64,000 nucleotides of DNA, taken from positions 21,821-85,820 of the forward strand of contig DEBC01000137.1 of assembly GCA_002348365.1 (NCBI GenBank), read 5' to 3'. The notes under the pieces were generated by a model that had not been told where the DNA came from, ran no database searches, and was given only the letters and a program-made list of their open reading frames with translations. Position numbers and translations under genes: made by a program. Origin of the DNA: Alphaproteobacteria bacterium UBA2966 (lineage in GTDB: Bacteria > Pseudomonadota > Alphaproteobacteria > UBA2966). Shown here piece after piece: positions 56,556 to 64,000 of the stretch. The stretch's first letter is position 1. Each line of letters opens with the position of its first letter.

Positions 56556-59500
56556 TCAGGTGATCAACATACTGCGCATGTGGCGGTTAACGATCGCGAG
56601 TTGCGCGATGTCGACAGCACCACTGAGACGAAATTCACTGATCAGGCCTGATGTCCGGGAGACCGTCGAATGATTCGCTTCCGCCCATTCCGTGATCGCC
56701 TGCTCATCGAGAGAGCCGTTCGCCCTGTCCATGACTCGCGTCACCAACGTCCGCTGCTGACCGTAGAGATCTTCGATGATCGCGCCCACGGCCAGTCGCT
56801 CCCAATGGTTTTGAATCTCGATCCCTTCGGCTGCTGAGCGCAGCCAATCGAGACCAAGACGCGCGCCGATGGCGAAGTACGTCGGACCAATTTCGTCGAT
56901 GGGACGGCCTGAACTATTTGCGACGTGGACGATGTGACAGACCGACCGCATGGCCTCGAGACCTGCCACACGTTTGGCCAGACCGGCCGGAACGCCCTGC
57001 TCGACATAGTTCGCCTGCTTGGCCTTTAACTCCGCGGCCTCGAGATCCGCGAGCTGTCCATCCAAATTCTTGGCCATGGTCGCGATTCCTGGCGCATACG
57101 ACGCAACAACTTTGGAGATGTCCATTGGCTGCGGCACGTTCTTGAGAAACCACATCGCCGCATGGCGGATTAGATCCTCGACCGCAATCATCATGTCTGT
57201 CTGCAAACCAGCATCGACTTTGTTGTCGAGATCAGCAATGTCTTGCCAGAGAGCACGCAAATCGAAGGCATCACGCGTCGCGACATAAGCCCGCGCGATA
57301 TCCGCCACGGAAATCTCCGTGTCCTCGATGACGTCGTTGACAAATGTCAGGCCGGCCCGGTTGACGATGGAGTTTGCGATCTGCGTGGCAACAATTTCCC
57401 GACGGAGACTGTGGCGCTCGATAGATTTGACGAACTTCTTGCGCAACGCCGTCGGGAAATACGAGACCAGATCGGCCGCAAAGTAAGAGTCTTCCGGCAA
57501 ATCGGTTCCGAGAAGCTCCTCGTAAAGGGTCATCTTGCTGTAGGCCAGGAGAACCGAAATCTCAGGCCTCGAGAATCCCAGGCCCTTCGCCTCGCGTTCC
57601 GCGATCATCTCCTCGTCAGGCAGAAACTCGACGGCACGATCAAGATCACCAGCGCGCTCCAGCGCCCGCATGAAGCGGACTTCCGGTTCCATGAAGGCTG
57701 TGCCGCGGCTCTGCACTGTCGTGATCGCCTGAGTTTGCAGGTAGTTGTTTCGCAGGACGAGATCCGCGACTTCGTCCGTCATGTCGACAAGCAATTTTGA
57801 TCGTTGCTTCGTCGTCATGTCCCCCGCACCAACCACGGAGTCAACCAGCACCTTGATGTTGACCTCATGATCCGAACAGTCGACACCAGCGGAGTTGTCG
57901 ATGGCATCCGTATTGATGCGACCACTCGCGAAGGCGTACTCCACGCGACCCCGTTGCGTCACCCCGAGGTTTGCACCTTCTCCAACAACGCGCGCGCGCA
58001 ACTCTTTGCCGTTGATACGCAGTGAATCGTTGGCCCGATCACCAACATCAAGGTTTGTTTCGTCTTCCGACTTCACGTAGGTCCCGATTCCACCGAACCA
58101 TAACAAGTCGATTTCCGACGTGAGCATGGCGCGAATCAGTTCGGTGGGAGTCAGCGAATCGGCCTTGATGCCGAACGCCTGCTTGATCTGGGGTGTCAGG
58201 GATATTGATTTTGCCGCGCGATCGAAGATGCCCCCGCCCTTGGATATGAGCTTCTTGTCGAAATCCGTCCACATCGAACGCGGCATATCGAACATGCGCT
58301 TGCGCTCGTCCCACGTCTTGGCGGGGTCCGGGTCCGGATCGATAAAGATGTGCATATGATTGAACGCACCGATCAGCTTGATGTGTTTGGACAGCAGCAT
58401 GCCGTTCCCGAATACATCGCCGGACATGTCGCCAACACCAACGACCGTAAAGTCGCTCGTTTGCGCATCATGACCAATCTCGCGGAAATGGCGCTTGACG
58501 GACTCCCATCCTCCGCGCGCCGTGATTCCCATGCCTTTATGGTCGTAACCCTCTGAACCACCTGAGGCGAAAGCATCACCGAGCCAGAACCCGTAATCGA
58601 TGGCGACACCGTTGGCGATGTCCGAGAAGGTCGCCGTGCCCTTATCGGCGGCAACCACCAGGTAGGGATCATCATCGTCGAAGCGGACGACATCCTTCGG
58701 CGGGACCACTTTGCCTTCGACATTGTTGTCGACCAAATCGAGAAGGCCGCGGATCAGGGTTTTGTAGCACTCGACGACCTCGGCCTGCACGGCCTTGCGC
58801 CCACCCGTTGAAGGTAACCGCTTGGCCACGAAACCACCTTTCGCTCCAACCGGCACGATCACGGCGTTCTTCACCATCTGGGCTTTCATCAATCCCAGAA
58901 TCTCCGTCCGGAAATCCTCGGGCCGGTCGGACCATCGCAGCCCGCCCCGCGCGACCTTACCGCCCCTGAGATGAATGGCTTCGGCCCGAGGCGAATAGAC
59001 GAAAGTCTCTACGAACGGACGCGGCAGGGGGAGTTCGGAGATATTCTGGCTGTCAATCTTGAACGACACATAGGATTTGACGCTGCCGTCCTCGGCTGGC
59101 TGATAGAAGTTCGTGCGCAGAATGCTCTGAACCAGATTCAGGAAGCGTCGAAGAATCCGGTCCTCGTCGAGGTTCGCCACGGCATCGAGTGCCGTCTCGA
59201 TACCCTGAACCAGCGTGACTTCGTTGCGGGCTGCGCGCTTGCGGTCGTGAGGATCGAACCTGGTGTGAAATAGGTTGACGATATCGCGCGCGATACCGGG
59301 ATTTGCCGCAAGCGTGTTCTCCATGTACGCCTGACTGAACGTGATTCCCGTTTGGCGAAGGTATTTGCAAAACGCCCGGAGAATCACGACCTGGCGCCAC
59401 TCGAGTCCGGCTTGTATCACGAGCCGATTGAAACCGTCGTTCTCCAGTTCGCCGTACCAGACGCGACCGAAAGCCTCTTGCAGATTCTCTTTGACTTCGT

Positions 59501-61406
59501 GCAGATCGAAAGCGACGCCGGCGGAGACTTCGAGACCGTAATCGTGGATCCAAATCGATGATTCCTCTCCATAGAGCCGGATATCAAAGGGGTGCTCTTC
59601 AATGACCCGGAACCCCATGTTCTCCAGCATCGGCAGGGTATCCGAGAGCGGCAACGGCGCGCCGTGATGAAATAGTTTGAAGCGCAGGGCATTTTCCGGC
59701 GCTTCGATCGCTTGATAGAGATTCATGCCGACCCGTCCGGTCGCCATGACCTCTTCCATCTTCTCGACATCGAACGTGGCTTCCTGGGCCGAGAACGCCT
59801 CGGCGTAGCCGGCAGGAAACGCGTTTCCATACCTGTGCCATAGCTGATTACCGCGCCCCTCACCACATTGCTCGAGGAGTTCGTCGTGAAGGTTCTCTCC
59901 CCACGTACGCGCGACGACATGGAGCAATTCCTCCAGCTCTTCGCGCGGCGGCTCCGGTTTTTCTTTTTCCTTGGTCGCGATGATGTACTGAATTCGTGCC
60001 AGCGGAGAGTCACCGACATGAATGAAGGATACTGACACGTACCCGTTGAATGCCTGGGAGACGGCTTTCCCGATCAGTTCAGTAAGTTCCGTGCTGTGCC
60101 GGTAGGTCGGAACGTAAACCAGGCACGATACATAGCGACTGAACGGGTCGCGTCGATAGAAGACACTGATCCTGGGGCGCTCAAGCACTTCGAGGATGCC
60201 GATCGCCGTATCGTGAAGCTGTTGCTCCGAAATCTGGAACAACTCATCGCGGGGGAAGGTGTCGAGAATATTGGCAAGTGCCTTGCCATCGTGGCTCGCC
60301 TCTCCGAGTCCCGACATTTCAATGGTGCGTCGAACCTTGCGCCGGAGAAACGGGATTTGTTCGGGAGTCTGGTTGTAGGCCACGGACGTGAAGAGACCGA
60401 CAAATCTTCGCTCACCGTTGACCTTGCCTTTGGAATCAAATGTCTTGATGCCGATGTAGTCCATGTGCACCGCGCGGTGCACGGTCGAGCGAACATTAGC
60501 TTTGGTGACGATGACGGGCTCGGACATACCCAGGAAGTATTTTACTTCGTCCGACAGTTCCGTCAGGCCGCCTTTGGTGTTCGCGAGAACGTGAAAGTCC
60601 GGATTGCGCAATACCCCCAGCCCGGAACCTTCGACGGCTTTGTGGGTTGCGCGTTTGGCCGTCGCTTTGTGTGTGTGCTCGCGATAACCCAAGAACGTGA
60701 AATGATTGTCCGCCAGCCATTCGAGAAATGAGATGGTTTCCTGGGCCTCCTCCTCTGCCACGGGTGGCGGGTTGTCCCGCAATTCTGCGACCGCCTCGTC
60801 CACCTTGGTCAGCATGGTGCGCCAGTCCTGGACGGCATATTGCACGTCGATGAGAACGGCCTGGATCGTCTCCTGGATCTCTTGCAGCACGTCAGGCGAT
60901 GACTGCGCACCGACCTCCACATGCATATGGGATTCAGTGACGATGTCGCTCTTCTTGGCACGCGACTTGCCGCTGATCACTTCCAGAAGATGACCCTTGT
61001 CGTCACGTTTCACGCGGACGATGGGATGGATGACGAGATGGACCGTGTAGCCCTTGCGGTTGAGGTTGGAAGTCACGGAGTCCACGAGGAACGGCATATC
61101 GTCGTGGACTATCTCGATGACGGTGTGGGAGGACCTCCACCCCTGCTCGTCCACCCGGGGATTGATGACCCTGACTTTCGGGGTTCCCGGCTCGCGTTGT
61201 TCGGCAAATTTCCACAGACTCAGAGCGGAGCCATAGAGATTTTCCGCCGTGCTCTCCGCCAGGTCTTCCGCTGTTGCACGCTGGTAAAAGAGGCGCACAA
61301 ACTGTTCAACTGATGCGGCCCGCTTCTTGTCCATTCGCGCGCGGAGGTGGTCAACAATTTGCTCGATGCGCTCCGACTTCAGATCACCCACTTTCTCCAA
61401 CATCAA
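56556..61406 (-). CDS. gdhB: NAD-specific glutamate dehydrogenase, large (~180 kDa) bacterial type.
   Basis: 1616 aa with a central ELFV-dehydrogenase catalytic core (…GGKVARGGLRWSDR…) flanked by the long N- and C-terminal regions characteristic of Bac_GDH. Confidence 0.9.
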   Translation of the reverse strand: MMLEKVGDLKSERIEQIVDHLRARMDKKRAASVEQFVRLFYQRATAEDLAESTAENLYGSALSLWKFAEQREPGTPKVRVINPRVDEQGWRSSHTVIEIVHDDMPFLVDSVTSNLNRKGYTVHLVIHPIVRVKRDDKGHLLEVISGKSRAKKSDIVTESHMHVEVGAQSSPDVLQEIQETIQAVLIDVQYAVQDWRTMLTKVDEAVAELRDNPPPVAEEEAQETISFLEWLADNHFTFLGYREHTHKATAKRATHKAVEGSGLGVLRNPDFHVLANTKGGLTELSDEVKYFLGMSEPVIVTKANVRSTVHRAVHMDYIGIKTFDSKGKVNGERRFVGLFTSVAYNQTPEQIPFLRRKVRRTIEMSGLGEASHDGKALANILDTFPRDELFQISEQQLHDTAIGILEVLERPRISVFYRRDPFSRYVSCLVYVPTYRHSTELTELIGKAVSQAFNGYVSVSFIHVGDSPLARIQYIIATKEKEKPEPPREELEELLHVVARTWGENLHDELLEQCGEGRGNQLWHRYGNAFPAGYAEAFSAQEATFDVEKMEEVMATGRVGMNLYQAIEAPENALRFKLFHHGAPLPLSDTLPMLENMGFRVIEEHPFDIRLYGEESSIWIHDYGLEVSAGVAFDLHEVKENLQEAFGRVWYGELENDGFNRLVIQAGLEWRQVVILRAFCKYLRQTGITFSQAYMENTLAANPGIARDIVNLFHTRFDPHDRKRAARNEVTLVQGIETALDAVANLDEDRILRRFLNLVQSILRTNFYQPAEDGSVKSYVSFKIDSQNISELPLPRPFVETFVYSPRAEAIHLRGGKVARGGLRWSDRPEDFRTEILGLMKAQMVKNAVIVPVGAKGGFVAKRLPSTGGRKAVQAEVVECYKTLIRGLLDLVDNNVEGKVVPPKDVVRFDDDDPYLVVAADKGTATFSDIANGVAIDYGFWLGDAFASGGSEGYDHKGMGITARGGWESVKRHFREIGHDAQTSDFTVVGVGDMSGDVFGNGMLLSKHIKLIGAFNHMHIFIDPDPDPAKTWDERKRMFDMPRSMWTDFDKKLISKGGGIFDRAAKSISLTPQIKQAFGIKADSLTPTELIRAMLTSEIDLLWFGGIGTYVKSEDETNLDVGDRANDSLRINGKELRARVVGEGANLGVTQRGRVEYAFASGRINTDAIDNSAGVDCSDHEVNIKVLVDSVVGAGDMTTKQRSKLLVDMTDEVADLVLRNNYLQTQAITTVQSRGTAFMEPEVRFMRALERAGDLDRAVEFLPDEEMIAEREAKGLGFSRPEISVLLAYSKMTLYEELLGTDLPEDSYFAADLVSYFPTALRKKFVKSIERHSLRREIVATQIANSIVNRAGLTFVNDVIEDTEISVADIARAYVATRDAFDLRALWQDIADLDNKVDAGLQTDMMIAVEDLIRHAAMWFLKNVPQPMDISKVVASYAPGIATMAKNLDGQLADLEAAELKAKQANYVEQGVPAGLAKRVAGLEAMRSVCHIVHVANSSGRPIDEIGPTYFAIGARLGLDWLRSAAEGIEIQNHWERLAVGAIIEDLYGQQRTLVTRVMDRANGSLDEQAITEWAEANHSTVSRTSGLISEFRLSGAVDIAQLAIVNRHMRSMLIT

Positions 61407-61764
61407 AACCTCTGCCCCTTGGGTGCAAAAAACCCCGCAATTACAAGGAGTAGCTTGCCCCTATTGAGGAATCATGACAAGAGATTGCGAACCCCGGGAT
61501 ACGCGTGATTTGGCTTACCTCCCACATGAAATCCTGGTTTGTTCGCCGGCAGCCTCCGAAAGTCGGCGTGTCGACACGGTCTTGAGACCCATGCAAACGA
61601 CATCCAGACGGCTGGTGCGGGCCGTCCAGCCGTTGACGCGGAGCGCATTAAGGACCAAGCTCCGGCAACCACCACCGCGATTGACGACGGCCTGAACACG
61701 CATTGGCACTGCTCCGTCGGGGCCGTTACGGCCTCGCCAATTCCGCAGAGAGAGAATGGTAATC

Positions 61765-63138
61765 ATGTCGAAGAAGCACGCCAACGACGCAAAATCCAAG
61801 GAGTATCTCGACCGCTACATGGCGGGCGTGGAAAAGCGGAATCCGGGCGAACCGGAGTTCCAGCAGGCGGTCTTCGAAGTAGCGTCCACGATATTTCCCT
61901 ACATTGCCGATAAGCCCGAGTATCACGAGAATCAGATTCTTGAGCGGATGGCCGAGCCCGATCGGGTCGTGTACTTCCGTGTTCCCTGGACGGACGATGC
62001 CGGCAATGTGCGCACCAATCGGGGTTTCCGCGTTCAATTCAACAACGCGATCGGACCTTACAAGGGTGGTCTGCGATTCCACCCGAGCGTCAATCTGAGC
62101 ATTCTGAAATTCCTCGGCTATGAGCAGACCTTCAAGAACAGCCTGACCGGATTGCCCATTGGCGGTGGCAAGGGAGGCGCCAATTTCAATCCAAAAGGCA
62201 AGTCCGACAACGAGGTCATGCGATTCTGCCAGTCCTTCGTGACCGAGCTTTATCGTCACATCGGTGAAGACACGGACGTGCCGGCCGGAGACATCGGCGT
62301 CGGCGCCCGAGAGATCGGTTACATGTTCGGTCAATACAAACGCATCACCAATCGCTTCGTCGGGGTCCTGACCGGCAAAGGCCTCGAATTTGGCGGGTCG
62401 AAGATGCGTACGGAAGCGACCGGCTACGGCGCCATGTTCTTCCTGCGCAACATGCTCGAGCACGCCGGAGGAGGAATGGAGGGCATGCGAATTTCCATAT
62501 CTGGTTCGGGGAACGTCGCGACCCATGCGGCGGAGAAGGCCCTTCAGCTTGGTGCAAAACCCCTGACGCTGTCTGATTCGGGTGGCTTCGTGTATTGCGC
62601 CGACGGCTTCAATCAGGAGCAGATCGACTGGGTCAAGGAACTCAAGAACGTGCGTCGGGGCCGCATTTCGGAGACCGCCGACGAATTCAGCAACGTGGAG
62701 TATCACGACGGCAAACGGCCCTGGGGCGTTGAGGTTGACTGTGCGGTGCCATCGGCGACACAGAACGAGGTGAACGGTGAAGAGGCCGCAATGATGGTCA
62801 AGAATGGCGTCAAGGCCGTCGCAGAGGCCGCCAACATGCCATGCGAGCAGGCCGCTGTAGATGCATTCATCGAGGCCGGCGTGATGTTTGGCCCCGCGAA
62901 GGCCGTCAACGCCGGGGGCGTCGGCGTATCCGGCTTAGAAATGAGCCAGAACAGCGCCCGAATTGCCTGGGATGAGGATCATCTTCGCGGTTTGCTTGAG
63001 AACATGATGGGCGATATCCACGAAAGCTGCGTCCGGTACGGGACCGAGAAAATCGGACCGGTAAATTATCTGCGCGGTGCCAACATCGCGGGCTTCGTGA
63101 AGGTCGCCGACGCCATGATATCCTACGGCCATGTGTAG
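61765..63138 (+). CDS. gdhA: NADP-specific glutamate dehydrogenase.
   Basis: …LPIGGGKGGANFNPKGKSDNEV… GDH signature and an NAD(P) Rossmann. The alternative ATG at 61756 adds three codons. Confidence 0.85.
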   Translation: MSKKHANDAKSKEYLDRYMAGVEKRNPGEPEFQQAVFEVASTIFPYIADKPEYHENQILERMAEPDRVVYFRVPWTDDAGNVRTNRGFRVQFNNAIGPYKGGLRFHPSVNLSILKFLGYEQTFKNSLTGLPIGGGKGGANFNPKGKSDNEVMRFCQSFVTELYRHIGEDTDVPAGDIGVGAREIGYMFGQYKRITNRFVGVLTGKGLEFGGSKMRTEATGYGAMFFLRNMLEHAGGGMEGMRISISGSGNVATHAAEKALQLGAKPLTLSDSGGFVYCADGFNQEQIDWVKELKNVRRGRISETADEFSNVEYHDGKRPWGVEVDCAVPSATQNEVNGEEAAMMVKNGVKAVAEAANMPCEQAAVDAFIEAGVMFGPAKAVNAGGVGVSGLEMSQNSARIAWDEDHLRGLLENMMGDIHESCVRYGTEKIGPVNYLRGANIAGFVKVADAMISYGHV

Positions 63139-63175
63139 AGATCTTTGATTGCGCCGAGTACTGCGCACTCCGAAC

Positions 63176-64000
63176 ATGTCCGGCTTTCTCTCCCGAAGAT
63201 TGCGAACAGTCGCCCTCATGGCCACGTGCCTGGCGGTCTGCCTTGGACCCGCCGTTGCGAGAGAGGGGCGACCCCTGTTCGAGCTGGGTGTCATGGCGGG
63301 TGGCGGATACATTCCCGATTATCCAGCTGCAGACGAGAGCCGCTTTCGCGGATTGGCGCTGCCCCATATCGCCTACCGGGGCGAGATACTGCGGTCGGAT
63401 GAAAAGGGCTTGCTGCGGAGTCGGCTGATTCACACCGAAGATCTCGAGTTCGATATCAGTCTCAACGGGTCATTTCCCGTGGATTCAGATGACAACGACG
63501 ACAGAAACGGTCTGCCCGATCTGGACTGGCTTGGCGAAATCGGCCCACGCGTGCAGCTCACCGTAGCGCGCGCACCCGCCGGCGGAGCGAAAGTCGATCT
63601 GGAATTGCCGGTGCGGGCCGTGTTCTCGACTGATCTTTCGGATTGGAATTATCAGGGAATCGTCGTGGCACCCGAGATCGCCTATCAGCACGAGAATTTC
63701 CTGGGCGAGAAAATCCAAGTCAAGTTTGGGCTGGGAGCCAGTTTCGCCACCGTTCAACTGACCGAATACTTCTACGAAGTCGCGCCGCAATTCGCGACCG
63801 CAACACGTCCGGCATTCTCCGCGGAGTCTGGTTATCTTGGGACGAAGGTCCAGCTCGCGGCCTTCAAGTCGTTCAGTTCCCGCTGGCGAGGCTTTGCCGG
63901 ACTCAAGGTGGATTTGCACCACGGCGCCGCCAACGAAGACAGCCCTCTGTTCAAGGATAAGACGACGTTCTCCGCAGGCCTCGGGATTATCTGGTCCTTC
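63176..64000 (+). CDS. MipA/OmpV-family outer-membrane protein (3'-partial, runs off the window).
   Basis: Not in the ORF track because there is no stop within the window. The ATG at 63176 has a signal peptide MSGFLSRRLRTVALMATCLAVCLGPAVA, then a β-barrel-like alternating pattern ending …TTFSAGLGIIWSF. Confidence 0.55.
   Translation, partial: MSGFLSRRLRTVALMATCLAVCLGPAVAREGRPLFELGVMAGGGYIPDYPAADESRFRGLALPHIAYRGEILRSDEKGLLRSRLIHTEDLEFDISLNGSFPVDSDDNDDRNGLPDLDWLGEIGPRVQLTVARAPAGGAKVDLELPVRAVFSTDLSDWNYQGIVVAPEIAYQHENFLGEKIQVKFGLGASFATVQLTEYFYEVAPQFATATRPAFSAESGYLGTKVQLAAFKSFSSRWRGFAGLKVDLHHGAANEDSPLFKDKTTFSAGLGIIWSF

Noticed and set aside
1-64000. CRISPR arrays, IS elements, integrases, phage genes, toxin-antitoxin or defence systems.
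   Set aside because: No short direct-repeat arrays, no transposase, recombinase or phage-like ORFs, and no small adjacent antitoxin-like pairs were seen. Intergenic regions are short except for the promoter regions noted.

Overview
This 64 kb window is high-GC (~60%) and most likely alphaproteobacterial. Supporting this are a DUF1674/SdhAF4-like ORF, the rsmB–rpe–heparinase II/III–purH neighbourhood, and a 1616-aa NAD-glutamate dehydrogenase. It has four parts.

(1) Gene-decay patch, 1–3.9 kb. An isochorismatase-family gene, an acoA/acoB-like 2-oxoacid dehydrogenase E1α/E1β pair and an FMN reductase are all disrupted. The lesions are in-frame TAA/TAG codons, homopolymer frameshifts, an internal deletion and a 5' truncation. 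The neighbouring GST and 2-haloacid dehalogenase genes are intact.

(2) Three-enzyme cassette, 6.0–10.4 kb. An HpcH/HpaI aldolase, a D-2-hydroxyacid dehydrogenase and an aldo/keto reductase are bracketed by two paralogous TauE/SafE (TSUP) anion exporters.

(3) Surface-glycan island, ~39 kb, 14.5–53.1 kb. It sits between the conserved heparinase II/III-like gene and purH. It opens with a winged-helix regulator and a NusG paralogue. It contains two complete nonulosonic-acid modules (NeuB, NeuC-type hydrolysing 2-epimerase and CMP-sugar synthetase, each twice). A UDP-sulfoquinovose synthase (sqdB/SQD1 family) is the last gene of one neuB-neuC operon. The island also has two PAPS-type sulfotransferases, five SAM methyltransferases, an MBOAT+SGNH O-acetylation pair and a CE4 deacetylase. 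Further genes are a PhyH-like oxygenase, a 2-HADH + ThDP-enzyme pair and three tandem glycosyltransferase-like paralogues, one carrying sialyltransferase D/E-D/E-G and HP motifs. Export and assembly genes are an MsbA/PglK-like ABC exporter, a GT4, a Wzy_C ligase-family protein, a WecA-like initiating transferase, a WbpM/PglF-like dehydratase, a CDP-alcohol phosphatidyltransferase and a UDP-GlcNAc 6-dehydrogenase. A near-identical ~46-bp promoter/operator-like motif occurs upstream of the regulator gene and again in the divergent neuB/ABC-exporter intergenic region. A bioMNY ECF biotin transporter operon is embedded in the island.

(4) Housekeeping, 53–64 kb: purH, ybjQ with an intrinsic terminator, an MFS transporter, divergent NAD-GDH and NADP-GDH (gdhA) genes, and a 3'-partial MipA/OmpV porin.

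No transposases, integrases, CRISPR arrays or obvious tRNAs were seen. The most notable prediction is a heavily sulfated, sulfonated, methylated and acetylated sialic-acid-like glycan that incorporates sulfoquinovose. To my knowledge this has not been described for a bacterial surface polysaccharide or glycoprotein glycan.
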